A stretch of DNA of 64,000 nucleotides from Camelus dromedarius. Lineage: Eukaryota. A program made the position numbers and the translations under genes. Location: NCBI RefSeq assembly GCF_036321535.1, contig NC_087436.1, forward strand, positions 94,304,001-94,368,000, given 5' to 3'. Every line of letters starts with the position of its first letter. The first letter of the stretch is position 1. Under the pieces are notes generated by a model, which was not told the DNA's origin, made no database searches, and saw only the letters and a list, made by a program, of their open reading frames with translations. This document shows, piece by piece, positions 13,960 through 28,690 of the stretch.

Positions 13960-16745
13960 CATACCTCGATCTTGTCTGGTTTCAGATCACAAAGAAGCAA
14001 AGAGATAGAAAATATGAAAGAGAGGTTAAGAGACATAGATATAGAGGACAGAGCAAAAAGGTCTAGTACACATCTAAGTCCCAGAAAGAAAAAAGAGAAC
14101 ATGGGACAGAAGCAATTTAAAGGAAAATGGCTGAGAGTTTTTCAGAACTGATGAAAGACATCAATCCCCTCATCTTACAAGTCCAACAAATCCCAAACAA
14201 GATAAATAATAAGAAATCTACAATGAGAAACACAGTACTAAAATTGCCATTCACCAAAGATAAAGAGATGAAATTAAAAGCAACTAGAAATTTTAAAAAC
14301 TAATCTACAAAGAAACCAACTATTAGAATTACAGCTGACTTAACAGAAATAATAGTGGGAGTCAGAAGACAGTGAAAGGTAATCATCAATAACAAAAACT
14401 ATCAACCTAGAATTTATTTACCCAGCGAAAGCATCTTATAGGGATGAGGACAATAAAACAATTTTCAGATTAAAAAAAAAAAAAAGAGTTTGACATGAAG
14501 CAGGCCTAGACTAAAGAAAATACTAAAAGATGAATGTCACACAGAAGGAAATTCCCAGATGAAAGGCCTATGATGAAAGAAAAATTAAGCACAAAGCAAT
14601 AACTACATGAGTGAAAACAAACACTGTATGTACATTCTAAAGTCAGAGCATGTAAGTTGGAAGGAGGTAAGTATCAGAGTTAACATGCTTGAAATCCTTG
14701 TATTTGTGAGGAGGAAGGCTAAGAAAATGGTTTAACTTTAAAGTTTGCATGATAAAAATTTAATGTAGCTACTAAAAAGCTACAAATACTATATATAATT
14801 TCCATATTAGTAGAGAAGGGAAAAAACAAATAAGAAAATTTGCATTCAATAAAAAAATCCAAAATAAGGTATGATAGGAAGAAAAAAACAAAGACATAAT
14901 TTTCTGTGATAGGAGAAAAAGCAATCACAGAAAAGGTAATCAAAGAAAAAAGAAACTACAAGTCCAATTATATTAATAACCAAAATAACTGTAAAAGAAC
15001 TAATCTTACCAGTTAAAAGCCAAAGATAGAGTGGACTTTTTAAAACCCAGACATACTGGTTACAAGAGATATACCTAAATATAAAGATATTGAAAAGTTG
15101 AAAGTAAAGGCATAAAAAAAAAAAGAAGTAACACTCAAATACTAACTAAAAGAAGCTGGTATAGTTCAATTGATATTAGACACATTAGATTTAGAACAAA
15201 AATTAATATTAATAAAAGAAAATCACTAGACAAGGATAAAATATTCAATTAATTAATGATATAAAAGTCTTAAGCTATGTGCACTGCAAAAAATATTCTC
15301 AGTATATATAAAGCAAAAATTGGCAGGATTATAAGGAAAAACATGACATAATCAACATTAGAGGGAGATTTCAGCATCTCTCACAGTAGATTTTCTCATC
15401 CCTCTCTTCAACATTAATCAAGCAAACTTTTTTAAAAAGTAAAGTTATAGATGTGAACAATAGAATAAGCATGATTTAGTGATATATTAATACAATATAA
15501 CCATTATACATTTCTATCAAGCAAATATGAACATTTATCTTAAAAACTGACAATGAATTAGTCAAGCACATCTTAAAAAATATTAGAGAATTAGTATTAT
15601 ACAAACCACACAATCTTACCTACTGCAGTAAAGATGAAAACCAATTTTTTTAAAAAGATAAAATTAAAACCATCTGTTCAGAAATCTAAAACATAGTTCT
15701 GAATAATCCAAGGGTTAAAGAATAAAACTGTAATGCAAATTATAAATGATAAAAATAAGGAATAATATATTAAAAAGTCTAGGAGAAGCTAACATAGTAC
15801 CCAGGGAAATTTATAGCATTGAATGCTCATATTAAAAAATGACCTAAACTTTCAGGTAAAGCCTTTTAAAAATAACAATAAAAAGAGCAAAGTAGACTTT
15901 TTTTAAGCAAAAAAAGTAGAATAAAAGAAAAACAAATGAATTAAACATAAAACAAACTTATAATAGAAAGATCAACCAAGAAAAGAGATGTTTATTTGAA
16001 AAGTTTAATAAAAAATCTGATCTCTAGTAAGAATAATCAAGAAAAAAAGAAGGAACATACACATAAACATACTAAGATTATAAGGGGGAACTTAAATACA
16101 GATGCAGCAGAGATACAAATGGTAAGAGAATACTATAACTGTCTTAATAAAATCTTAATAAATCTGAAAATTTTGAGTAATGGACAAATTCTAACTGAAA
16201 CTTCTCACAAAGAAAACAGAATCCAGATAGTTTCATAAGTAAATTCTATCCAATATTTAAATTTATATAAACTCAGAAAAGAGAAAAAGAAGAAACACTT
16301 CCCAACGAGTTTTATGAACCCAAAACCATGATACCAAAGCCAGGCAAGTCAGGGCAAGGAAGAAAAGACTGTAAGTCAATCTCACCCATTTATATAAATG
16401 CAAAAATCCTAAATGAAATATTAGAAAACTAAATCTAATAATGCATCAAAAGGATAATAAAAAAGAATGAAGTACTGATACATGCTACAACATGGATGAA
16501 CCTTGGAAATACGCTAAATGAAAGATGCCAGACACAAAAGGTCACATATTGTATGATTCCATTTATATGCAAAGTCCAGAATAGGCAAATCCATAGAGAA
16601 AGAAAAGCAGATTAGTGGCTGCCTACGGGAGAGGGGAATTGGGAGTGACTAATAACAGGTACAGGGTTTCTTTTTGAGGTGATGGAAATCTTCTCTAATT
16701 AAACAGTGGTGATGGTTGCACAACATTGTGAATATCCTAAGGTTA
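13960..16745 (+). mobile_element. Ancient L1 ORF1/ORF2 fragments followed by an L1MB-like 3' end (~16455-16745)
   Basis: A-rich degenerate L1 ORF1 (ENMKERLRDI) and ORF2 motifs; catgctacaacatggatgaacctt 3'UTR motif. Confidence 0.75.
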
Positions 16746-17381
16746 GGTTGTCCTTTAGTGAGTACTGAAATTAGTTTAAATTACCAAGAAGAAAGTACCC
16801 TGACCAAAATTAATTTAGAGTTATCTCTAAGGGAATCCAGAGCACAAAACAAAACACACTGTATGTCCATGTCCTAAGTAACATTTTTATTCAAGTCAAA
16901 TAAAGAAAAAAATACAACCTTCTTAAGGGAAGAGGACAGCAGGTAGTGAAATACCTGGACAGCTGGACATTTGCTACCTTTCCCATCTATACTTCCTCAC
17001 TTCCTTCCAGCATTTTAATTCACTAGGCAGTCACAATAATTTTCCTCCCAGTAGCACAAGGTTCAGGTATGCTGAACCCTAGAGTCCCTACTAATTTCAG
17101 ATATTGACATCATATCACTAGTAAGTAATAAAACCCTGACTACATAAGACAATTAGAATTTTTCTGTTAGATAACAATTTTAGGAACAAAAAGATACAAA
17201 TTCTTCATAAACTGAAAAAGCAAGCCTATAGGCAACACAAAATTTGTTATCAATTTAAGAGGCAAAGCTGCAATCTAATCCCTTTTGTTTCATTCATTAC
17301 TTATAAGGGGAAAAAAATTCTAGATGGACTCTAACACGTTCACGAAACTAAAAACGCGTTAGGTTAAGTTCCAAGTTTTAC

Positions 17382-17458
17382 CTTGCAAGTTCCTTTGGTT
17401 TGAATTTCCACCATGTGTCCGGTTCCCGAAAAAGAACTTTATATTTATGTTTTTGAGA
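17382..17458 (-). CDS. N4BP2: N4BP2 coding exon (77 nt), SQKHKYKVLFREPDTWWKFKPKELA
   Basis: Translated by hand; atgtag|TCTC acceptor; CAAG|GTAAAA donor. Confidence 0.95.
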
Positions 17459-18084
17459 CTACATACAAAAAAGACAAACACATTTAAAAATAATTACTTC
17501 TACGAAATTAAAGTCATTGTTTCCAAATTCACAGCATGCTAAAACTGAAAGAACCTAAAAGATTATCTAATCTTGATGAGTGTGTTAAACTGGTAAAATG
17601 CACAATCTCTTTGATGCAGCAAATAACTTTCAGAAATTTATGCTGATATTTATGTAAGAGTGCAAAAATACAAATACATCAGGATATCCAATTCACCATC
17701 ATTTGTAATAGCAAAAGAATATAAACAATTCAGTGTTTATTAATATGGAACTGGCTAAATAAATGAAGGTATAATCATACAATGAAAGCATACAATGGTT
17801 TTTAAAATTAGGTGTTAATGAGAAAATGTTCTTAACATAAATTGTTAAGAAAGTAAGGTACAGAAATTTCACTTGGACAAAAAAGGATTATTCACATATT
17901 TGTGCATGTATAGAAAACTTCTGGAAAGATCTCAGAAATACTATGAAAAGCATCTACCTCAAGGGAATAGAACTTCAGTATTTTTTATGGTTTGAATATG
18001 TATTATATATAGGCATGACTTCCATAATTTTGAAACTATTTTAAATGACAGTTCATTCTATTCTTCAAAACTCTAGCAAGGCTA

Positions 18085-19700
18085 TAATCTAAAAGCCAAG
18101 CCCTACACCTGTGCACTACATCCGTCTTCTCTATCTCAAGGATAATTGAGTTCAGCAACTCTCCCTCTCTCTAAGGCATCATTAATTTTTCCCTCTCTGT
18201 TGGATCAATCCCATCACATTCAGTTATTTCTCCCATTCTGCTTTAACCCCTTTCCCCTGCCAGCTATCTCTTCATTTTCCTACTCCCTTTGCAGGACAAT
18301 GTCTCAAGCAATAAGTATATCCTCTATCTCCAATTCCTCTCCTTCCAAGCTCTCAAACCCATTCCAATTGGCTATTCCACTGAAATTGGGTGTGGAGAGA
18401 ATGAATTATTTCCACACTGAAAAATACTAAGGTTCTCACTCTCTTGACTCTCAGCAGCATTTGTCACAGTTCATTGCTCTCTTCTCCCTAAACTTTCTTC
18501 ATCACACACTACTTCTTTTCCTCCTATCCCACTGGGTGAGCGTTGTCAGTCTTTTTTGCTAGCCCCTCCTTTTCACCCAGACCTCTTCTCACAATGGAAT
18601 GGCCCAGACTTACTCCTTGGTCTTCTACCCTTGATCTACATCAGCAATATTTTTCCACTCCTTGGTAATGACTCTCAAATATATAGTTAGCCCAGGATTC
18701 ACTCCTGAACTCCAAACTCATGGACCCAACTACTTATTCAACAAACTTAACATATTCAAACTTAAAACTTCTGAAATCCATTATCTACACCTACCACAAA
18801 ACTATTCTATCTCAACCCTCCCCATCTCAAATGATGACAACTTCTATTTACACAGGCCAAAAACTAAACCTGATGTAATACTTAATGCCTCTCTTTCTTT
18901 CACATCCATATCAATCCAAAAAGAAATTCAGTTGGCTCTACTTTAAAAATATATCCAGAATCTAATCTCTATTCGCCATTACCTTCACTGCTACCACGTC
19001 AGTCTGAACCACATGGTCTCTAATTACCACTACAGCCTTCTAATGATAACTAGTTTCCCTGCTTCCATTCTCCCCAGCTCACAAGTCTATTCTCAACACT
19101 GCACTACAGTGATCCTTCTAATACTAAGACCATGTCACTACACTGCTGAAAACTGTTATGAACTGAATGTTGTGTCCCCTTAAATCCCATTGTAGAAACC
19201 CCCACCCCACCATGTGACTGTGCTTAGAGATAGGACATTTATGGAATTAGGGTTAAATGAGTTTAAAAGGTTAGAGCCCTCATCAGAGAAGATTAGTGTC
19301 CTTATAAGAAGAGACACCAGAGAACTTGCTCTCTCCACCATGTAGAACACAGCAAGATGGCTATCTGCAAGGCAGAAAGAGAACTCTCACAGAAACTGAC
19401 ACTGCTGGACCTTGTTCTGGGAATTCTAGCCTCTAGAACTCTTAGAAAATTAATTTCCTGTTGTTTAGTCTATGGTATTTTTCTGTGGCAGCCTAAATAG
19501 ACTAATTTATTTTCCATGTCACTTAAAATCCAAAGTCCTTACAGTGGTCTGTGAACCCTTATATAAACTGCCACACCATCTTCCCAACTACCATTACATC
19601 TCTGACTTCCCCTTCCACTACTGATCCCCTCAGCTTGATGACAAGATGCCAATAGTGGTCACTATCATCTTCTGTTGTTCTGACAGAAAAGTCTGAAAGT
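18085..19700 (+). mobile_element. L2 remnant containing an MLT1A-like solo LTR (19154-19508)
   Basis: C/T-rich L2 motifs; MaLR LTR tgttatgaactgaatgt...gtggcagcctaaatagactaa. Confidence 0.75.
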
Positions 19701-20014
19701 CAACTCAGACACCAAGATGGGAATGACATAACACCCTGCAACGAGCAAAGGGAGTATAGGCTGGACGTGCTAAGGACATAAAACATAGTAATGGCAAGTA
19801 TAACATTCATTAACCAAAAAAACAAATTAAGCTTCAATGTGTCAGACATGTGCTAATCTTGGGGGAATAAAACAAACAATACCCATACTCACAAAAGCTT
19901 CACTCATCAATTTACTCAACAGAATATATACTTACTATATGCCAAGCATAGTGCTATACTCTGGAGAGTCGATGATGAATAAAAAAATAGTCCTACCCTC
20001 AAGAAAACAGATGC

Positions 20015-20187
20015 TCTACAGCCAAATTCAACCCATCAGCCAGCATTTGTACAGCCCAGGAGCTAAGGATAGTTTTTTTATCTTTAAAGGGTTGTTTAAA
20101 AAGTATATGCAACAGAGACTGTGGCCTGCAAAACCTAAAATATTTATTATCTGGTTCCTTATAGAAAAAAGTTCACCAACCCACGGC
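20015..20187. mobile_element. MER58-like hAT relic
   Basis: tggcctgcaaaacctaaaatatttattatctggttccttatagaaaaaagtt motif. Confidence 0.75.
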
Positions 20188-20785
20188 CTACTGATAGAAG
20201 GTGTGCATAACATTATGACAAAAGTACGCTAGAATGCCATGAAAGTAGAAAGAGTGCCCAATGTAGCTTTTTAATAAGTGAGTGAATGCTAACTTCCTGG
20301 AAAAGGTGACATCAAAGCTGGGCAAAAAAGGAATCTAAGAAATATGGAGAACTGAAAATACTGAGTTTACAGAATTCTGAATTCCTCAGAACAGCAAAAT
20401 TTCAAAAGAAATTTAGGGACTAACAAAGGACCACCAGATTTTGATTCTGTCAACTAAAAGCAGTAAGAAAACAAACCGTGTATACACACATACATACATA
20501 CAAAAACACAAACATAAAATTGTAATTTAAAACCAGTATCTTTTCATAAGAGATATCAAAAGAAAAAAAAAATCTCAGAATTTAAAAACTGAATCTCAAA
20601 ATTTGAAAACTAAATAAATTTAGTTTTATGGAAAAACTTCCTATTTTTCTCATTTTGCTAGAGACCAGAGAAAGCTCAGTTATATACAGTTCAAGGACTG
20701 TTTGCTTGAAATTCAGTTGTGTAATTAACATCCCCCCAATAATTTCAAATCCACTGTTAGACTTATGACAATTCATGGTACAAAC

Positions 20786-20874
20786 CAAAGCAACATATGG
20801 CTTCATTTCCCATGCCTGTAGGTTTGTATTATCTATTATTACAGGAGATATCTTCTTCTCAAATGCTTCTTTTG
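20786..20874 (-). CDS. N4BP2: N4BP2 coding exon (89 nt), AKEAFEKKISPVIIDNTN...
   Basis: ttttag|CAAAAG acceptor; TTG|GTTTGT donor; IIDNTN kinase motif. Confidence 0.95.
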
Positions 20875-21694
20875 CTAAAAAACAAACAGAAAATGACAAA
20901 TCACTTTTAATAACATTAAGGATTACCTTGATATTTTAAAAATGTGATCTTATTTTCATAATTTGAAAATCACAGATACGTGCTAATTTTACTCACAATT
21001 CTACTTTTTTTTAAAATTTTGTTTTTATTGAAGCGTAGTTGATTTGCAATGTTAGTTTCAGGAATAACAACTCTACTTCTAAATACCACTTTTAAGTATT
21101 CAAGTATAGGTAAATGTTGAATAATAAATACTAAATAAATACTAAAATTATAATCAGAGGAAATAAACAGTATCATGCTAAAAGCAACATGGTATCCTGG
21201 GTAAGATTCTGGAACAGAAAAGGACTTTACTAGAAAAATTTAAATTTAAAAAAAGTCTGGAGTTCAGTTAATAATAATGTACCAATGTTAATTTCTTAGT
21301 CTTGACAAATGTACCATAGTTATACAAGATGTTAACATTAGGGCAAAATGGGTGAGGGTTATAGAGAAACTCTATACTGCTTTTGCAGCCTTTCATTAAA
21401 TCTAAAATTAATCCAAAATAAAGTTTAAAAACAAACAAAAAACACAAACACACACACAGAAAAACAAAATGTAATGATCTGAAATAAAGAAAAAATTATT
21501 ATACACCATTGCACAAGAGATTTTCTTATAAAACTGCCTTTTTCCCCAAGGAATTAGGCCATTCAGAAAATGAATGATGAACCACAATAAATAAGCCTTA
21601 CAAGTAAATGTCTGGAAGTTTTTAAAGTTCTGTATACTCCCTTATAATAATAAATAGAAGTAATAAAAGAAATAATCCAAAAGGCAAACAATTC

Positions 21695-22420
21695 AGACAG
21701 CTCTCCAAAGAATATAATCAAGTGGCCAACAAGCATGTAAAAATACTCAACATCACTAGCCATTAGAGAAATGCAAATAAAAACCACAATAAGATATCAC
21801 TTCACACCCACCAGGATAGCTATAATCAAAAAGACAGATAAGAACAAGCATTGGTGACAACGTAGAAAAGTTGGAACTCTCATAAACTGGTAGTAGGAAT
21901 GTAAAATAGTGCCAGTGCTTTGGAAAATAGCTTGGCAGTTCCTAAAAAGGTTAGACATCGACAGGTATATTCATAGCAACATTATTCATAATAGCCAAAG
22001 AGTAGAAACAACCCAAATGTTCATCAACTAATGAATGGATAAATAAAGTGTGGCATATCCATACAATGGAATATTATTCAGCCATTAAAAAGGAATAAAG
22101 GACTGATACTTTCTACAACATGGATGAACTTTGAGAACATTATGTTAAGTAAACGAAAGCCATTCACAGAAGACCACATGTTATATGATTCCACTTATAT
22201 GCAATGTCCAGAAAAGGCAAACCTACAGAGATATAAAGTAAAGTAGTGGTTGCCTGGGGCTGGGAGAGGGTTGAGAAGAAATGAGGAGTTACTAACGGGT
22301 ATGGAGTCTTTTTAGGGGTGATAAAAATCTTCTAAAATTGATTGTGGTGATGGTTGTACAACTCTGAATATGCTAAAAACTATGTGATTCGTATCTCAAA
22401 AAAACTTTTTTAAAAAAGAA
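21695..22420 (+). mobile_element. L1MB-like 3' end
   Basis: Typical L1 3' motifs (tactcaacatcactagccattagagaaatgcaaat; gaatattattcagccattaaaaaggaa). Confidence 0.8.
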
Positions 22421-23428
22421 TTCTGCCAATTAATTTCATATTATTATTGCTGTGGTTGCTGCTGTAGTAAGGGCATGTTAAACTATTGCTAAGCACTTTT
22501 CATTCTCATTTAACTATACAAGAATCCTGAAGGTTTAGTATTATTAAGTCCTTTTACAGATGAAGACACTGGGCCCTGGAGAGTATAAATAACTTGCACA
22601 AGATCACTTAGCTGGTAACTGGCAATCCAAGATTGCTCTTCATCCCATCATACTGTTTCCTTTATTTTCAATTGTCTTGGTATTTTCATATTCCCAAATT
22701 CTTACTTTAATACTTAATTCAAGAAGGAATATAGAAAATTTTAATAATGTCAAAAGATGATAAATTCAAGAATAGCCTTCACAGTGAATTTACCACAAAA
22801 GAAAGGCTAAGTAAATAAAATATTATCTATATCTCTTAGTAAGAACTTACCATATAAAATTCAAACTATTCATAACTAAACATTTCATGATAAAAAACAT
22901 CTTCAGTGAGTAGACAGTTGCACTAATAAAGAAATTAAAGTTTTATCTATGATCCCTGCAGATTCAGTTTGAAGAGAGTCATTTTTACCCTCACACTATC
23001 TTCCATAAAAATTAAGCCAATCTAGGGAAGACCAGTGGTTAACAATGCAGATTCCATTTTAGGAAACAGGAACCAGAGAGCATACTAGACAACTGTAAGC
23101 ATCTTGAGCTATTCTGAGACCAATGTAGAAAATATGATTTATTTCTAACAAGATCCCCATTGACTGTATAAAACTTAAACATGTCATGCAACATTTTAAA
23201 CATTTTACAAAAATTAACTTATTTAATCCTCGTAACGACTCTTTAAGACCACCTTTTTTACCTCTTACTATGTAACATAAAATTGTTGTAACTTTATTTA
23301 TATTATATATAGTACAATAATAAACTAAAGTTAATTGTAACTCTTTAAAAGTTATGTCACAAATACTAAGTGGATTTTTTTCTTTATATTGCTCTTAATA
23401 CTACCCAGCATCTGGTGTCTATTCTTAC

Positions 23429-23553
23429 CACGATTCTGGTTCCACTCATGAGCTTCTCCTAAGTACTTTACATCAAACTGGTACTGTCCATTTATGTAAA
23501 AATAATCATCAGTACTAAGAATGACTCCACTCGGATTATCCTCTTGCAAAGTT
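23429..23553 (-). CDS. N4BP2: N4BP2 coding exon (125 nt), polynucleotide kinase domain TLQEDNPSGVILSTDDYF...
   Basis: cacag|AACTTTG acceptor; CGTG|GTAAGA donor; in frame. Confidence 0.96.
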
Positions 23554-26037
23554 CTGTGAATGATAAATGGAATTATTTTCATTAATTTTTCTTCTAAATT
23601 CTCTACTAATTTTTGCAAGGTCATAATCTTAATTAAAAATTCAAGCATTATTATTTAAAAGAATGAGACTATTATAATATTAAAAGAAATAGTATCAGAA
23701 ATCCTCTAAGCAGAAGTTTGACTCCCAAGAAAACTGACCTAAGGCAAGTCTGCTTTACTTTATGTAAATTACTATTTCAGAAACTTTTTTAAAATATTGT
23801 AAAGTTCTTTATCCTTACTATAAAGGTTTGAAAATTAACACATTTTTAATTATCAAGGAAACCTGGTAATTGAAAATGCTTCAGAACTCTTTATCAGTAC
23901 AGGCATCTCCCTCATCTGGTTACTTGAATACACCCTGATCTACATTACCTACTCTAAGGCGAAGGTCACTTCAAGGTCGGCAAGCACCTTGATGTTCAAC
24001 AGATCTTCAAAAGTAGATGAAGCTTTGTATATTGCTATAAATTTACTGAATATGCCAAAAACATCCAAAAATATAATATTAATAGACTATTAATTTAATC
24101 TGCTAAATTACACAAAGTTAAGACATCTCTTTCCTGACTCTGAAATTTATCTTCTATATAATTGAAATACATGCAAAAACTAAGCAAACAGAACCCAGAG
24201 ACATAACAATGCTACTATTCTTAACCATTTGTAAAATATCAACATTTATCCTCTCCTAAAATATGCATAAATATTTCTAAAGCTAAAATACATCTTTTGA
24301 ATTTAATTTTTATTAGCATCTACTAAGTGCCAGGCACTATGTTAATCACTGAGCATATATCAGTGAACGACAGACATTCTCATACTCACGGAGCTTACAT
24401 TTTAGTGAATCCTCACTTCACCCCATTTTCTATGACTCCTACATTTATCCTCTTTTCTTTTATCTCTAAGTTTTCCCCTCTCTGACACTTCTCATCCCTT
24501 CTTCCCTTTAAACATATATACATCTCAGCTATCTTTTAAATTTTTAACCAGACTTTAAGGCCCCCTTTTCACCTATTACTCAACTTCTCTCCTTCAACTA
24601 CTTCAGTATAAATGCTTTTTTGATGTCTTAAGGTATTCTACCTTCCCAGCACAACACAATTGTTTTTAAGATATGACCTTAAAATGATCTTCTTTCCAAT
24701 AAACCCAAAAGCCTTTCTTCGCCTTTCATTTTCTGTGGGCTTGCACACTAGTTTAATACTATGAACCATTCTGTCTGAGAAAACTCAGTTTCTATGCCTC
24801 TGTACTTCCCAATTATTTCTCTATTCATTCAAAAGTACAAGTAAGTTCAAACTTTGTGACAAGCACTTCTTTCTCTTCCAATCTCTAACTATAGCTGCCT
24901 CTCGCTCAAAGGCCTCTGAAACCTAGTTCTTCAAACCTGTGTCACAGCTCTACTACCTTTTAAGGTACCACCTTTTGTTCCACTCTTTCACAAAATGCAG
25001 TATCATAACTGACCGTAATATCTGTAACACTAAATTAAAATGGTTTTTATTGTTGTAGTCATTAAATCAATGAGAAAGCCTACGTCTACAGAATATACTT
25101 AAAAGTGTATAAATAGACTATATGGAAATCTATTGAAAGATATATCTAGACTAAGAAAGCACTTTAAAGAACAACTGAAAATGAGTTCATCAAGGACATT
25201 CCAAGGCACATATAAATTCACAAAGACTAGGTACACCTAGGATCAAATAGAAGAGACCTAGCTAAGAACAGAAGAGAACAAAGAGTTAAAATTTGGAAGG
25301 AAGAGGAAAAACACTGGCAAATAAAGCATATTAGATGTAAATATTCCAGAATTTAAAAAATAAAGGGGATGCGGAGATTCTGAAAACAGTACTTTTTAAC
25401 AAGTGAAAACACAACAAAGCTGCTTCTAACTCTGACTCTAGTCTCTCAGACCAAGGAATCCACAATGGAACTTAACTACAAAAGGGATACATACAGATAT
25501 ATAAAACAAAATAATTGAGAGTACCATATTTTGCAACAAATAAAATTGAAAATTTGAAGTTCTCTGACTACCAGTGATTCATGCTGTGTTCTCTTCCTTC
25601 AAATCACACATTTCTAAAATTTTATTTAACATGCTACAATCCCAAATTTCCAATTACCAGTAGAATCCTTCTATGTAAGACTTCCTTGAATTCAAAATCA
25701 ATTATGGACCTTTATCTCTGTAATCAAAGTTGATTTCATCTTTCTCCCACTCAAATTAGTTCTCTTCCACATGAACTTATTTCTGTTCATTTCACAAGCT
25801 CATAATCTTAGAATCATCTTTAATTTTTTCTTCTATTCTGCTTCTCAAAATGATATTCTGAGATGAAAGAATTCAGTAAAAAACTTGTGGAGAAACAGTA
25901 CTATTAGCTACAAAGTTAGAAAAAATTAGTAACCATCTCTATTAAGCAAAAACATTTCACATATTCATGCTGTTATAAATGTTCAAGTTCATGCATTATA
26001 CTGTTTTTTTTTTTTTAAACTCAATTAAACCTCATAC

Positions 26038-27178
26038 CTTGCCAAAAAAGATTTTCCTGATCCCGGAAGCCCTCTGAGAAGAACAAGAACTAGTCCAATA
26101 TAAGATGATGTCTTCTTTCTTACAACCTGAGAAACTGGAGTTTCTTGTACTTGATAAGCACTTGTTCCCTCTTTATTTCTCCATACTTTTGTTGGGGAAG
26201 TGTGAGAAATAACCGGGGATGGAAATGTATAGTTGACAGGCCTCCAGTGTGCAGCTGTGGTTACAACGGGAGCTACAAAGCCATGGTTTCCTTGAAAGAG
26301 GTCAAAAGCAGGAATCATCGGATTCCACATCGGTGGAGGAGGTGGCGGCGGCAGCAGTAGAGGGAGAGGGGTAAGCACTGGGCAGAAATTCACATCCTTC
26401 CCCTTCGGTGGCAGCTCAGTATGTTTGTGTGGCTGGAAACTGAATTCTTCAGAAGGTACAAACACATCAGGGACAGAAATAGATTTCTGATCTCCACCTG
26501 TACTTAGTAAACCAAGCCCCGGATTTTGCACAGTAAGGTTTAAAGGAGCCTGAGGTTCGCCGGCATCCACACCCACAGGGGCTTGAGAGAACTGAGTCTC
26601 AGCACACTCAGATTCTAAAATCTCTTTCTGAATTTGACTGCTACAACTTGCCATAGCATCATTTGCTACATTTAAAGAACTGGTAAGAAGAGAATCTTCC
26701 AATGCCAAAGTATTATCCTTTGTAAAACTTTTGGACTCATCTGAAACTGAACGTGAAGTTAAGGAATTTGAACATAATGCAGAGGCAGGATTCTCTAAAT
26801 TTTCATTGTTCAAATCCATATTTTGGGTAGAAAGAATAGGAGTCGTATTATTTGAATCTGAATTTATAAATGCACTCGGGTCACTAAAACTATTAACATC
26901 TTGCAAAGGCAAAAATGAGTAGACTTGGTCATCAGGAGAAGAGTTCAATTTCTCAAAAGCATTCTGTATTAAGGAATCCAAGTCTTCAGTTAGCCGCATG
27001 TCCAAAAATGAATCCATTTTTGAATCTTCACTCTCTTCTTCAGGAGGACACTTTTCCATTATTGCACAACCAGCTGCGCTGACTTGGTTCTCAGAAGAAA
27101 TTAAGCTTTTTGAAGAAGAGTCTTCTATCTTAGCATCAGTGGTAGATAATTCTAACAGACAATCCATGGCATTTTCAA
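26038..27178 (-). CDS. N4BP2: N4BP2 coding exon (1141 nt): CUE C-term, proline-rich stretch, P-loop GLPGSGKS
   Basis: ORF 26025..27167; acceptor gtacag|TTGAAAATG; donor GCAAG|GTATGA; phase fits both neighbours. Confidence 0.97.
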
Positions 27179-28459
27179 CTGTACAACAAGAACAACAATA
27201 ACAACAACAAAATATATCTATATGTATAGAAAACAGTAAAATATAATTTGATTAAAACCCACATAAAATTATACTAGATTTAGCATTGAATGAAATATAG
27301 AAAAATTTATAAATATTCAAGTCATTTTTGAATTAATATTTTATTAATATACCTGTCTGTATGAGGGAAAGGTTTGAATGATGGAGAAATGCAGTGTTGT
27401 TACTTTCAAACAATAATAACCCAGGCTAGTGAACTGCCATCACGTAGATATTCTCTAATTAATTTACCAAATAAATATAAAATATCTGTAATTGTATGTA
27501 TTAGGGTTTTTTATAAAATCCTAAAACCAGTTGATTTATTCAATGAATACTTACCCTCTGCATGTCCTTTTAAGTATGAAGTATTTTAAGTACTCTCCTA
27601 GTAAATCTAATGTTTATATGGTCCATGCTATGAATTTCACTTAATCAAAAAATATGTATGAGCATGTACTACGTATCAGACATACTTTGTATAAAAATGA
27701 ATAAGACAATTTTTTACTATACTCAAAGGATGTTTGCAGTCTAACAGAAGCAATTAAAGATAATTAACTACATTAGAAGACAATTACATTATAATATAAT
27801 AAAGATGAAATAATGCATACTTTTAAAACATACAAATGCCTTAGCAGCCTTATAGGAGAGTAAGGAAAGATTTCACAAAAGGCGGTATGTGAACTGGGAG
27901 TTGAAGATTAAAAAGAAACTTGTCAGTCACAGAAGGGAAAGGTAAAGCCAGTCTTGAAAACCAAAATATGTTTAAGGTATTAAGATAGTTGGTTGGAATG
28001 TGAGTACATGGTAGTATGGCAGATAAAAGAAGGAGATAAAACTGGAAAGGGAGATCGAGTGAAACTGGAAAGGGTCCTGTATGTCATGGTAGGAAATATC
28101 AACTTAATTTTCTAAGGGAACTTGAAGGGAAACTACCTGTCATAGCATTTGGGCTAGAAGCTTCATACACATCACCTCACTGAATCTTCAAATTATCCTA
28201 TGAGGGATAGTATTCCTAGCAAACAGATGAAAAGAATGAAGTTCAGAATGTACATTAACTTGGCCCAAGTCACACAGATAATAAGGGACAGAGCCAGGGT
28301 TGGGACATCTGACTCCAATGCAGAGCTCTTTCCATTATAACATAAACACAGAGACATTAGAATTGTTAAGCATCTGAAACTTGAGGATTTTTTAAATATT
28401 ATTTTTGTGTTTTACCTTGTTTTATTTTAAGGAAGATAAAAATGGAAACAGCACAGCAC

Positions 28460-28690
28460 AGTAGGTAACAGCTCTCTGATCAGGAGTCAGAATGACATTT
28501 AAATCCCTACTTGCTGGCGATGACACTTTGAACAAGTTACTTAACTTTTCTAAGCCTTGATTTTCTCATTTGCAATATGGGGATAATAAAAGTACCTACC
28601 TCATAGGTTTGTTGTGAGGATTAAATGAGATAATCCATGAAAAAGGGCGTGCACAAGGACTGGCACCTAGTAAGCACCCAATTAATGTTC
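28460..28690 (+). mobile_element. MIR SINE (other MIR cores near 22490, 28150, 30000, 41720, 58050)
   Basis: MIR core gacactttgaacaagttacttaac...aaagtacctacctcataggtttgttgtgaggattaaatgag. Confidence 0.8.
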